A stretch of 64,000 nucleotides of DNA from a bacterium (GCA_030603395.1 JAUVXX010000005.1:885-64884), one strand, 5' to 3'; shown: positions 36,577 to 46,086, counted from the stretch's first letter. Numbers and translations are program-made. Notes: generated by a model from the letters alone, not told the origin.

Positions 36577-37944
36577 ATGTCAAAAATTAATTCAAATATT
36601 TTTAGGGCCTACGATATCCGGGGAGTTTATCCGAAAGAAATCAACCCAGAGAACACCGAAATGATAGGTAGAGCTTTTGTTAAGTTCTTAAGAAGACGTT
36701 TAAAAATTAAAAGCTTAAAGATTGTTGTTGGGAGAGATAATCGTCTTTCTTCACCAGTTCTTTGCCAAGCTTTAAAGAAGGGGATTTTAAATGAAGGGGG
36801 GGATGTAGTTGATATTGGTTTAAGTTCTACCCCCATGTTCTATTTTGCTGTCTGGAAATACAGGTTTGATGGCGGAATCCAGGTGACTGGTTCTCACAAT
36901 CCTCCTAAGTACAATGGTTTTAAGGTTGTGGGGAAGGATGCGGAAATGATTGGAGAGAGCAATGGTTTGACAGAGATTAAAGAAATAGCCCTTCGAGAGA
37001 AAGAGGCAGGGAAGGAACTAAAGAAAGGTAGAGCCAGAGAGAGAAACATTTTAAGCGATTATATAAGATTTAATCTTAAGGGGGTTAAACTTGAAAAGTT
37101 AAGACCTCATAAAATAGCCATTGATACCGGTAATGCCGTATCTGGAATTTTAGTCCGGGAGCTCAAAAAATATTTACCTTGTAAAATTTATCATCTTTTT
37201 CCCAAACTAGACGGTACTTTTCCTAATCACGGTCTTGATCCAGCCGAAGAGAAGAATTTAAGACCTCTCCAAAAAGTTGTTAAAGAGAAAAAACTTAACC
37301 TTGGCATAGCTTTTGATGGTGATGGGGATAGAATTTTCTTTGTTGATGAGAAAGGTAAAGCAATTCCCTCAAGTTTTATCGTTGCTCTCATTGCTAAGAT
37401 AATCTTAAGAGAAAGAGCAGGTGAGAAAATTTTCTATGATATTTGTATGAGCAACATAATCAAAGAGGTGGTAAAAGAAGCGGGAGGAGTTCCCATAGTA
37501 ACTAAGGTTGGTCATACTTTTATCAAAGAGAAAATGCTAAAAGAAAGACCTGCTTTTGCTGGCGAATACTCAGGTCACTATTATCTAAGGGAACATAATT
37601 TTTGCGAAGCTCCTCTTTTTGTAATTTTCAAAATCATTGAAGAAATGTCAGTTAGAGGAGAGGGTATTTCTAATCTGACTAAACCTTTTCAAAAGTATTT
37701 TCATTCGGGAAGAATAAACCTTGAAATCAAAGATAAAAAAAGAGTCCTTGAGTTGCTCGAGAAGAAATACCAAGGAGGTAAAATTTCTCGTCTGGACGGT
37801 TTGAGAATTGATTTCAAAGATTGGTGGTTTAACGCCCGTCCTTCAAACACCGAAGACCTTTTAAGAGTGGTGGTTGAAGCAAAAACAAAATCTCTGATGA
37901 AAGAGAAGTTAAAAGAGATAATAGAAATTTTAAAAGGGAAATAA
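36577..37944 (+). CDS. phosphomannomutase/phosphoglucomutase (alpha-D-phosphohexomutase family)
   Basis: 455-aa ORF; active-site TGSHNPPKYNGFK, metal loop FDGDGDR, GEYSGH sugar loop. Confidence 0.88.
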   Translation: MSKINSNIFRAYDIRGVYPKEINPENTEMIGRAFVKFLRRRLKIKSLKIVVGRDNRLSSPVLCQALKKGILNEGGDVVDIGLSSTPMFYFAVWKYRFDGGIQVTGSHNPPKYNGFKVVGKDAEMIGESNGLTEIKEIALREKEAGKELKKGRARERNILSDYIRFNLKGVKLEKLRPHKIAIDTGNAVSGILVRELKKYLPCKIYHLFPKLDGTFPNHGLDPAEEKNLRPLQKVVKEKKLNLGIAFDGDGDRIFFVDEKGKAIPSSFIVALIAKIILRERAGEKIFYDICMSNIIKEVVKEAGGVPIVTKVGHTFIKEKMLKERPAFAGEYSGHYYLREHNFCEAPLFVIFKIIEEMSVRGEGISNLTKPFQKYFHSGRINLEIKDKKRVLELLEKKYQGGKISRLDGLRIDFKDWWFNARPSNTEDLLRVVVEAKTKSLMKEKLKEIIEILKGK

Positions 37945-38283
37945 TCATTTAAAATCTATTCTGAACTCAAAGCCACGTTTTTTAAAGCCCAATTTTTCAT
38001 AAAAATTATGAACTTCTGGTCGAGTAAAACGACTGGTACAAATTAACTTATAACAATTTGCTTTCTTTGCTTCTTCAATTAAAACTTTCATAATCTTTGT
38101 GCCATAACCCTTGCCTTGCTTCTCTTCCCTAACAAAAACGTCTTCAATCAAGCCAAAAGGTTCTTTGTGTAAATCGTTGTTTAAAATATAGAGTCGGGCC
38201 CTGGCCACTTCCTGGTTGTTTTCCAAAATTAAAAACTTTAAGCCTTTTCCAGAAATTTTTTTAATTTTTATCTCTTCTCTCAT
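37945..38283 (-). CDS. GNAT-family N-acetyltransferase
   Basis: 112-aa ORF; acetyl-CoA motif QGKGYGTKIM. Confidence 0.75.
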   Translation of the reverse strand: MREEIKIKKISGKGLKFLILENNQEVARARLYILNNDLHKEPFGLIEDVFVREEKQGKGYGTKIMKVLIEEAKKANCYKLICTSRFTRPEVHNFYEKLGFKKRGFEFRIDFK

Positions 38284-38286
38284 AAT

Positions 38287-40086
38287 TTATTCTACGGTAA
38301 CAGATTTTGCCAAATTGCGGGGTCTATCCGGATCAATATTTTTTAAGTCAGCAATGTAGTAAGCTAAAAGTTGCAAAGGAACAACATTCAAGATTGGAGA
38401 TAACAATTCATTCGTTTCCGGAATTTTAATAATAAAATCGCTAAGCTCTTCAATTTTGGAATCTTCTTTTGAAATAACAGTAATTATCCTTCCTTTTCTT
38501 GCTTTAACTTCCTCAATATTGCTTAAAATTTTGTTGTAAGTTTGATCTCTGGTAGCTACAAAAACAACTGGCATATCTTTATCAATCAAAGCGATAGGAC
38601 CGTGTTTCATTTCGGCTGCCGGATAACCCTCAGCGTGAATATAAGAGATTTCTTTAAGTTTTAAAGCACCTTCTAAAGCTACTGGGAAATTAATTCCTCT
38701 TCCAAGATAAAGAAAATTTTTGTTTTCGGTAAATCCCTCCGCCACCGCCTTTATTTTATCAGCTTCTTTTAAAATCAATTGAATTTTCTTGGAAATATTT
38801 TTGAGCTCTTCTAAAATTTCTTTGTCGGGACTGATTCCCTTTTCCTGCTGAAAATACAAAGCCAATAAAGTTAAGGCGGTGAGCTGGCAGGTGAACGCCT
38901 TAGTTGAAGCCACTCCTATTTCGGGTCCGGCGTGTAAAAATATTCCAGAATCCACTTCTCTTGAAACGGTTGAACCAACAACGTTTACAATTCCCAAAGT
39001 TTTAGCTCTCTTTAACTCAGCTTCTTTTAAAGCCCCTAAAGTGTCAGCTGTTTCTCCTGATTGGGAAATTGTAATTAGTAAATCTTGAGAGGCAACGAGA
39101 GGGTTTCTGTATCTAAACTCTGAAGCATAATCCACTTCTACCGGAATTTTGGTTAGTTTTTCAATTATATACTTGCCAACTAAACAAGCATGCCAGCTTG
39201 TACCGCAAGCGATTAAGACAATTCTTTTAATTGAGTTTGGGTCAAGGTTAAGAGATAATTTTATTTTCTTTTCTTTAATCCTTCCCCTTAAAGTATTTTC
39301 TAGGGCTTGCGGCTGTTCAAATATCTCTTTAAGCATAAAGTGCTTATATCCTTTCTTTTCTATCTGGCCGGCTGTCCATTTTATCTCCTCAATTTCTTTC
39401 TCAATTTCTTTGCCGTCTAAATTTTTAACAGAAAAGCTATTGGCGGTAACCGTTGCCAACTCGTTATCCTGGAGATAGACTACTTTTCTCGTTTGGTCCA
39501 AGAGGGCTGCGGCATCAGAAGCAACAAACATTTCATTACTGCCTTTGCCAATTATTAAAGGCGAGCCTTTTCTGACAACCACTATTTTGGGCTCCTTAGC
39601 ATGAATTATCGCTAAGCCAAAAGCTCCCTCTAAAAGTTTTAAAGCCCGCATAACTGCCCTTTCTAAATCGCCTTGGTAAAATTTTTCTATCAAGTGGGCA
39701 ATAATTTCGGAGTCAGTTGCTGAAACTATTTTATGACCCTCTTTTTCTAAAATATCTTTTAATGCTTGGTAATTTTCAATTATGCCATTGTGAACTATAG
39801 CTATCTCTCCCTTGCAATCCAGATGAGGATGAGCATTTATTTTCGAGGGAGCGCCGTGGGTTGCCCAGCGGGTTTGCGCTATGCCAATATTTCCCTCGAG
39901 GTTTTTAAATTCCAGATTTTTCTTAAGTCCAGAAATCCTGCCCTTTACTTTCAGATTTTTCAGCCGCTGATTCTGAATGGTGCAAATACCAGCTGAGTCA
40001 TAGCCGCGATACTCAAGCCGCTCCAGTCCTTTTATTAAAGTAGGAATGCTATTTTTATTGCCGATGTAGCCGATTATTCCGCACAT
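38287..40086 (-). CDS. glmS: glutamine--fructose-6-phosphate aminotransferase
   Basis: 599-aa ORF; MCGIIGY N-terminal nucleophile, two SIS domains, C-terminal ...KSVTVE. Confidence 0.95.
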   Translation of the reverse strand: MCGIIGYIGNKNSIPTLIKGLERLEYRGYDSAGICTIQNQRLKNLKVKGRISGLKKNLEFKNLEGNIGIAQTRWATHGAPSKINAHPHLDCKGEIAIVHNGIIENYQALKDILEKEGHKIVSATDSEIIAHLIEKFYQGDLERAVMRALKLLEGAFGLAIIHAKEPKIVVVRKGSPLIIGKGSNEMFVASDAAALLDQTRKVVYLQDNELATVTANSFSVKNLDGKEIEKEIEEIKWTAGQIEKKGYKHFMLKEIFEQPQALENTLRGRIKEKKIKLSLNLDPNSIKRIVLIACGTSWHACLVGKYIIEKLTKIPVEVDYASEFRYRNPLVASQDLLITISQSGETADTLGALKEAELKRAKTLGIVNVVGSTVSREVDSGIFLHAGPEIGVASTKAFTCQLTALTLLALYFQQEKGISPDKEILEELKNISKKIQLILKEADKIKAVAEGFTENKNFLYLGRGINFPVALEGALKLKEISYIHAEGYPAAEMKHGPIALIDKDMPVVFVATRDQTYNKILSNIEEVKARKGRIITVISKEDSKIEELSDFIIKIPETNELLSPILNVVPLQLLAYYIADLKNIDPDRPRNLAKSVTVE

Positions 40087-40120
40087 AATTTTTTAGACGA
40101 CCTGCAATCATTAGTGATTT

Positions 40121-40150
40121 AAAATGGGTTTACTTTAGTAAACCCATTTT
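40121..40150 (-). terminator. 13-bp perfect hairpin overlapping the trpS stop codon (possible attenuating terminator before glmS)
   Basis: aaaatgggtttac-ttta-gtaaacccatttt. Confidence 0.35.
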
Positions 40151-41110
40151 CTTTCGCACTTTTTTCATTGTTTCCTGGGCGATGATTTGGGCTCTTTTTC
40201 TGCCCTCCTCCAGGATTTTTTCCAAAAGAGTTTGACGAAGTTCCAGCTCTTTTTTCTTTCTCCGGAAGGGCTCAAGTTTTTCAATTAATAATTGAGACAA
40301 TTTTTCTTTGAAGGTTTGATAACCCTTACCTTCAAATTCTTTTTCAATATCAGTGGTTGAAATACCAGAGAACAAACTATAAATGGTCAAAAGGTTTGAG
40401 ATACCTGGCTTTTGAGAGACGTCATATTTAATTTCTTTTCCCGGGTCGGTTACCGCTGTCATTATTTTCTTTCTGATAGCATCAGGTTTGTCAAGCAACT
40501 CAATACATCCTTGGGGGTTATCAGTTTTTGACATTTTTTTCTCTGGGTTTTGGAGGGACATAATTTTCGCTCCTGTTTTTGGGAGCAAAACCTCAGGTTC
40601 CTTGAAGGTCTTGCCAAATTTTTTATTGAAACGTCGAGCGATTTCTCTGGCTAATTCAACATGTTGTTTTTGGTCTTTTCCTACCGGAACAAGGTCTGTC
40701 CCGTAGAGTAAAATATCAGCCGCCATTAAAATTGGGTAGTTCAAAAGCCCGGCATTGACATCTCTTTTGTGCTTTACTGACTTTTCTTTAAACTGGGTCA
40801 TTCTTTGGAGGTCGCCAATCGGGGTAACGGTTGACAGAAGCCAAGACAGTTCGGTATGTTCTTTTATTTGAGATTGGACAAAGAAAATACATTTTTCAGG
40901 ATTCAAGCCAGCGGCTAAATAAACCTTAGTGACCTCCATTATATTTTTTTGTAATTCTTGCGGCAGGTAGGGAGTGGTCATAGCATGGAGGTCGACAATG
41001 CTAAAAACACACTCATTTTTTTCCTGGAGCGCAATCCAATTTTTTATAGCTCCCAGATAATTGCCTATATGAATTTCACCGGTTGGTCGAATACCACTAA
41101 ATATTCGCAT
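40130..41110 (-). CDS. trpS: tryptophanyl-tRNA synthetase
   Basis: 326-aa ORF; GIRPTGEIHIGNYLG (HIGH region) and KMSKT. Confidence 0.93.
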   Translation of the reverse strand: MRIFSGIRPTGEIHIGNYLGAIKNWIALQEKNECVFSIVDLHAMTTPYLPQELQKNIMEVTKVYLAAGLNPEKCIFFVQSQIKEHTELSWLLSTVTPIGDLQRMTQFKEKSVKHKRDVNAGLLNYPILMAADILLYGTDLVPVGKDQKQHVELAREIARRFNKKFGKTFKEPEVLLPKTGAKIMSLQNPEKKMSKTDNPQGCIELLDKPDAIRKKIMTAVTDPGKEIKYDVSQKPGISNLLTIYSLFSGISTTDIEKEFEGKGYQTFKEKLSQLLIEKLEPFRRKKKELELRQTLLEKILEEGRKRAQIIAQETMKKVRKKMGLLK

Positions 41111-41115
41111 AGTTT

Positions 41116-42795
41116 TTAAACTTCTATAACGACGGGGAGAATCATCGGCCTTCTTTTTGTTTTGGAGAAAAGAAATTGGCCAATCTTATTTCTGAGCTCG
41201 TCTTTAACGTAAGACCAGTTAAGGGCTCCCCCTGAGCCAGCGGCTCTGTTAACTATTGCTATCACTCGTTTTCTGGTTTCTTTTAAAAGTTCCTTTGATT
41301 CTCTTAAATAGACGAACCCTCTTGATATTATATCAGGAGAACCTCTTACTTTTCCAGTTTGTCTGTCAACCAGAGCGACAATGACAAACATACCATCCTG
41401 GGATAAAACCTGGCGGTCCCGCAAGACCACCTCTCCGACATCCCCAATACCCAAACCATCAACCATCACATAATTTGAAGGCACTTTTTCCTTTTCCAGG
41501 GAAATTCTTTGGGGGGTTAACTTTACCACCTGGCCATTTCCAGCAACTAAAATATTTTCTTGTCTTATTCCTTCCTCTTCGGCTAACTCGGCATGCTTGA
41601 CCAGCATTGAATAGTATCCATAAATAGGCAGAAAGAATTTTGGTTTCATAATTTGTATCATCCGAGACAGTTCTTCTTGTTTGGCGTGGCCCGAAGCATG
41701 GATATCCATCATCCGGTAGTGAAAAACTTTGGCTCCCTGGCGGTGGAATTCGTCTTTGAGAATCTGAACCGTTCTTTCGTTGCCAGGAACCACCGAAGAG
41801 GAAAAGATAACAGTATCCTCTTTTTTAAGATGGATAAATTTATGCTCGCGATTGGCAATTCTCATAAAAACAGCACGTCCCTCTCCCTGAGCCCCGGTAC
41901 AAATAACGGTTATTTTTGAATCAGGAAACTTAGAAATATCTTTAGTTTTTATAAAAGTTCCTTTTTGGACTTTAATTTTTTTTAGGTTTTGAGCAATCTC
42001 AACGTTAGTTTTCATGCTGTAACCTTCAATGGCTACCTTTCTGTTATATTTTTCTGAAAGGATAATCAACTGTTGGATTCGGTTAATCATAGAGGAAAAA
42101 GAGGCAGCAATAATTCTACCTTTTACTTTCTTGAAGATTTCATCCAGGTTTTGGAAAATTGTTTTTTCAGAAAGCGAATGACCTTCTTCTTCAGCGCCGG
42201 TGGACTCAGACATCAAAAGCAAAATACCTCTTTGGCCGAGCTTCCTTAATTTTTCAAAATCGGTAGGTAATTCGTTAACTGGTGATTGGTCAAATTTAAA
42301 ATCGGAGGTGTGTAAAACATTACCAACCGGGGTTTGGATAAACAAACCAAGATTGTCCGGAATATTATGATTTTGTCTGAAAAATTCAATTTGAAATGGT
42401 CCTAGTTTAATACGAGAGCCATCTTTTACTTCTTCTATGTCAAGTTTGGGTTGATTGGCAAAATCTTCCTGTCTTTTCAAAATAATCCCTTTGGTTAATA
42501 GAGAAGCATACATGGGTACAGAACCAATTCTGGGAATGATGTAGGGGATAGCTCCAATATGGTCGTAATGACCGTGGGTCAGCACTACTCCCAGGATATT
42601 TTTTTCCTTGCCTTTGAGATAGGAAATATTGGGGATGATGCAATCAATGCCGGGCATATTTTCTCCGGGAAAACCAAGGCCCATATCAATAATTAAAATC
42701 TTCCTTTCGTATTCAAGGAGTTTCATGTTGAGTCCTACTTCTCCCTGGCCGCCCAGGGGAATTATGCGAAGATTTGGTTGTTGAGTTTTTTTCAT
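41116..42795 (-). CDS. rnj: ribonuclease J
   Basis: 559-aa ORF; metallo-beta-lactamase THGHYDHIG, beta-CASP and C-terminal domains. Confidence 0.92.
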   Translation of the reverse strand: MKKTQQPNLRIIPLGGQGEVGLNMKLLEYERKILIIDMGLGFPGENMPGIDCIIPNISYLKGKEKNILGVVLTHGHYDHIGAIPYIIPRIGSVPMYASLLTKGIILKRQEDFANQPKLDIEEVKDGSRIKLGPFQIEFFRQNHNIPDNLGLFIQTPVGNVLHTSDFKFDQSPVNELPTDFEKLRKLGQRGILLLMSESTGAEEEGHSLSEKTIFQNLDEIFKKVKGRIIAASFSSMINRIQQLIILSEKYNRKVAIEGYSMKTNVEIAQNLKKIKVQKGTFIKTKDISKFPDSKITVICTGAQGEGRAVFMRIANREHKFIHLKKEDTVIFSSSVVPGNERTVQILKDEFHRQGAKVFHYRMMDIHASGHAKQEELSRMIQIMKPKFFLPIYGYYSMLVKHAELAEEEGIRQENILVAGNGQVVKLTPQRISLEKEKVPSNYVMVDGLGIGDVGEVVLRDRQVLSQDGMFVIVALVDRQTGKVRGSPDIISRGFVYLRESKELLKETRKRVIAIVNRAAGSGGALNWSYVKDELRNKIGQFLFSKTKRRPMILPVVIEV

Positions 42796-42880
42796 GGTGC
42801 GGGCAGGAGGATTTGCACCCCCACAGGATTTCTCCCACTAGCTCCTGAAGCTAGCGCGTCTGCTGTTTCGCCATGCCCGC
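42795..42880 (-). tRNA. tRNA-Leu (anticodon CAG) with encoded CCA; atypical D and T loops
   Basis: acceptor GCGGGCA/TGCCCGC, anticodon stem CTAGC/GCTAG, loop TTCAGGA, long variable arm; D loop lacks GG and T loop is TGCAAAT; 3-prime ACCA ends at 42795. Confidence 0.78.
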
Positions 42881-42886
42881 CTTTTT

Positions 42887-43474
42887 TTACTCGCCCTTCA
42901 AAAAATCTAAATTTTTTGGTATTTTCTTTAAAGGTTTTTCAAATCTCAACTTCGGTACGTTTTTATAATTTCCATTCTTCAACCAGCCGGATTTGGTGAA
43001 ATAATAACAAGCTCCCCCCAATTTTTCAAATAAATCATAGCGAGATTGGCATTTTTCAGCCACCCAATTTGCCAGCTTTAAAGTTTTCTTTGAGGGATTT
43101 ATGGTCAGATGACCACAGTACGGAGGAATTACTGCTACCTCTCCCTTACTTGCTCTTATCGCATAAACATCTTTTATCTTGTTTCCTTCTCTCCTTTGCA
43201 TTAAAAAGATTGCCGTTCCCTCCAAAACAATATAAATTTCCCCGAACTTTCCCAAATGCTCGTGTCCCTTTGTTTTAACGAATTCTTTTCCCAGCATTTG
43301 AGAGGGAATGATGGTAACGTCGTATCTTAAACCATCTTTCTTCTTTAACCCACGATACATGTAATAGAGTTCAAGATTGGGAGCTTTTTTTGCCCATTTT
43401 CTGTCGTAAAGAACTTCTCTCATGTCATCCAAATAGCGGACATCGGGTTTTTTACTCTTCAAATTTATTTCCAT
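42887..43474 (-). CDS. cupin-type (archaeal-type) glucose-6-phosphate isomerase
   Basis: TKGHEH...GEIYIVLEG...PPYCGH metal-ligand pattern and overall resemblance to Pyrococcus-type cPGI; ATG 43474 preferred over 43498. Confidence 0.75.
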   Translation of the reverse strand: MEINLKSKKPDVRYLDDMREVLYDRKWAKKAPNLELYYMYRGLKKKDGLRYDVTIIPSQMLGKEFVKTKGHEHLGKFGEIYIVLEGTAIFLMQRREGNKIKDVYAIRASKGEVAVIPPYCGHLTINPSKKTLKLANWVAEKCQSRYDLFEKLGGACYYFTKSGWLKNGNYKNVPKLRFEKPLKKIPKNLDFLKGE

Positions 43475-45480
43475 ACCCTCTTTGTTTTTATGTACCATTC
43501 CTCAATGCCGGTGAATCTTTTGGCTGGTTCAGTTATTTTTTCTACACTGTAGCCCTTTATTTTCGGTGAAAGAAAATAGAGATAATCAGTTCTCACTAAA
43601 AAGATGGCAGGCAAATCTTCGAGCAAGATATTTTGGAATTCTTCTAAATTTTCTTTACGTTCTCTGGCATCAGAAGTTTGGCGGGCTGCCTCCAAAAGTT
43701 TATCAGTTTCCTTGGACTCGTACGAAGCAATGTTTAACCCAGGATGTCCTTTTTGGCTTGAATGCCAAAAGGGGAAAGGGTCTGGCACGGAGCTCAAGGC
43801 CTCTCCAAAAAGCAACAGCTCAAAGTTTCTCTTAGCCAGAACATCAGTTTGAAACTCTGCCAGAGAAACTTTTTTAATCTCCACTTCAGCCCCCAGAGCT
43901 TCCCAGTTCCTCTTCAAAACTTCAGCTATTTGAACTAAAGGAAATTTATCGCTGGTGCTTAAGGTGAATTTTAAAGGGATAACTTCTTCGGCTTGCTCAT
44001 CAACACAGATTTGGTTAAGTTTTTTTCTGGTCATTGCCTTGACGTCTCCGGTGCCCTTGCTTAATCCTATGGGAGTTAAAATTTCAGAGGCATATTTTTC
44101 TTGAAAGCGAATGACCGCCGCCCTGGTTTTTTTACCAAAATAACCGGTAATTTCTCCTTCGGGATAAACTTCTTTGTCTCTGGCTAAGCATTCTTGAAGT
44201 TCTCTAACGTCTTCACCTTCACTGCCTGGAACCAAATTTCTTTTGAAAAGAAGAGAGATTTCCCTGATAACAATTTTTTCCCTCTGGCCGGTCTCTGGGT
44301 TAATTTTAAATCCCTGTTCCTCTAAAATCTCTTTGGCTTCCTCAACGTCAAATTGGTAAATTTTACTGGGAGCAGCAAAACCAAAAAATTCTGGCAAAAT
44401 AGGGGAGGTAACTACTTCTCCTTTACTCAAGAAAACGTCTCGCAAAATTTCATCTTTATTTAAAGCCAATCTCAAGGCCTCTCTTAGAGATTTTTCTTTA
44501 AAAAGGCCCTCTTGTTTGAGATTGAAAAAAACAGCAAAATATCTTGGCAGAGAAAGAAAGTACCCTTCAAAGTTCTTTTCGGTGCTTAAGTCAAAATTTT
44601 TGGGGTCAGTGATGGAAAATCCCTGAATTTCCCCGACCTGGGCTTGAGAGATGACTTCTTCTGCATCTTGAAAAAACAGAAAAGAAATTTCCTCTAAATA
44701 GGGTTTTTTGCCCCAGAACTTTTCGTTTCTCTCTAAAGTCAATTCCCTGACGTAGCCCGATTTGTCCTGAGTTATTTTTTTAAATTTAAAGGGTCCAGAG
44801 CCAATTAAATATTTTTCTGAGACCAACTCCCAGGGTAAGTTTTGGGGAGCCAGGTCTTCAAAAATATGCTTGGGAACTATTTTCAGGGAAAGGTTTTCCA
44901 AAAAACCGGCATATTTTTCGGGTAAACGGAAACGAATCCCTTTTTCTGAAATTTTTTCCACCCTCACTCCGAACCACTTAATTCTTAAAGGGCTTTGATA
45001 TTGGGGATCCTGAATTAAATCAATGGTAAAAATAACATCGCCCGACGTTAAAGGTTCCCCATCGTGCCAGAAAATATTATCTCGGAGAAGAACCTCAAAA
45101 ACCTTTCCCTCTTCTTTAATCTCGAAACTGGCTGCTAAATCTTCTATGAGCTCTCCCTTCTCATTATATCTCATTAACCCGGAGAACAATACTTCAACTA
45201 AATCCCTGTCCACGTCTTGAGTGGAGAGGTAAATGGGGTTGATAAATCTTGGCTGGCCGACCAATCCCTCTCGGTAAACGCCACCGAAGGCGGGAGCCAC
45301 TTCGGTGTTTTTGAAATAAAAGTTCAGATTAAGAAAGATTCCTGAGATGATAACCAAAAAGAAGAGAAGAAAAAAGATTGTTTTTTCTTTTCTGCTGAGT
45401 ACCTTAAAAAACCGTTCCCATTGCCGGAGGGAAGGGAAAAATCGTTTCAATCCTTTGAAAAATTTTAGGAGATATTTCAA
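43465..45480 (-). CDS. family-5 (oligopeptide-type) solute-binding protein, N-terminally membrane-anchored, with inserted peptidoglycan-binding domain
   Basis: 671-aa ORF; N-terminal TM; SBP_bac_5-like pattern; internal PG_binding_1-like segment GEDVRELQECL...GYFGKKTRAAVIRFQ. Confidence 0.75.
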   Translation of the reverse strand: MKYLLKFFKGLKRFFPSLRQWERFFKVLSRKEKTIFFLLFFLVIISGIFLNLNFYFKNTEVAPAFGGVYREGLVGQPRFINPIYLSTQDVDRDLVEVLFSGLMRYNEKGELIEDLAASFEIKEEGKVFEVLLRDNIFWHDGEPLTSGDVIFTIDLIQDPQYQSPLRIKWFGVRVEKISEKGIRFRLPEKYAGFLENLSLKIVPKHIFEDLAPQNLPWELVSEKYLIGSGPFKFKKITQDKSGYVRELTLERNEKFWGKKPYLEEISFLFFQDAEEVISQAQVGEIQGFSITDPKNFDLSTEKNFEGYFLSLPRYFAVFFNLKQEGLFKEKSLREALRLALNKDEILRDVFLSKGEVVTSPILPEFFGFAAPSKIYQFDVEEAKEILEEQGFKINPETGQREKIVIREISLLFKRNLVPGSEGEDVRELQECLARDKEVYPEGEITGYFGKKTRAAVIRFQEKYASEILTPIGLSKGTGDVKAMTRKKLNQICVDEQAEEVIPLKFTLSTSDKFPLVQIAEVLKRNWEALGAEVEIKKVSLAEFQTDVLAKRNFELLLFGEALSSVPDPFPFWHSSQKGHPGLNIASYESKETDKLLEAARQTSDARERKENLEEFQNILLEDLPAIFLVRTDYLYFLSPKIKGYSVEKITEPAKRFTGIEEWYIKTKRVWK

Positions 45481-45484
45481 AAAT

Positions 45485-45700
45485 TTAGATAATGAGATTG
45501 AATAAAGAGATAACTAAAAACGAAACAGCCAAAGCAACGGTACTCCAGAAGATTTTCTTCTCAAGTCCTCTTCTTTTAAGATAAAAACCACCCTCACCTC
45601 CAAAGACCGAGCCCAGAGCCGTTCCTCTTTGTTGAAGGAGAATTAACACAATCAAAAGAACGGGTATAATAATTTGAGCGAAAAATAAGATTTGTTTCAT
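45485..45700 (-). CDS. secG: preprotein translocase subunit SecG
   Basis: 71-aa ORF; two TMs with LLQQRGTALGSVFGG signature. Confidence 0.8.
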   Translation of the reverse strand: MKQILFFAQIIIPVLLIVLILLQQRGTALGSVFGGEGGFYLKRRGLEKKIFWSTVALAVSFLVISLFNLII

Positions 45701-45702
45701 AG

Positions 45703-46074
45703 CTATTGAATTTCCTTTAGCTTGGGTCGTCTTCTTCTAACAAGTAAGCTCAGGAGCCAAACAATAAGTCCTGCCCAGAAAAGCGCTCCCAAACCTTCGA
45801 TGGTTAACTTAGGAAAAAAGATATCCACCAGCCAAACCATACCCATATTCACCACTAAACCAAAAAGTCCGAAGGTGAGCAATCTTAAGGGAAAGGTAAT
45901 GAGGTTGACAATTGGTTTAATAAAAAAATTGACCAGCCCCAAAAAAACTCCAGCAAAAAATAAGATTTTAATTTGTTCTCCAAAACTTCCCTGGGCTTCC
46001 ACCCCGGGAACAAGCAAGGTCGCCAGATAAAGAGCCAAAAAGCCAACAATGATGTGGCCGAGAAATCGTTTCAT
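45703..46074 (-). CDS. DUF360 / phage-holin-4-2 family membrane protein
   Basis: 123-aa ORF; four TM pattern with PLRLLTFGLFGLVVN segment. Confidence 0.6.
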   Translation of the reverse strand: MKRFLGHIIVGFLALYLATLLVPGVEAQGSFGEQIKILFFAGVFLGLVNFFIKPIVNLITFPLRLLTFGLFGLVVNMGMVWLVDIFFPKLTIEGLGALFWAGLIVWLLSLLVRRRRPKLKEIQ

Positions 46075-46086
46075 TTGTTTATCTTA

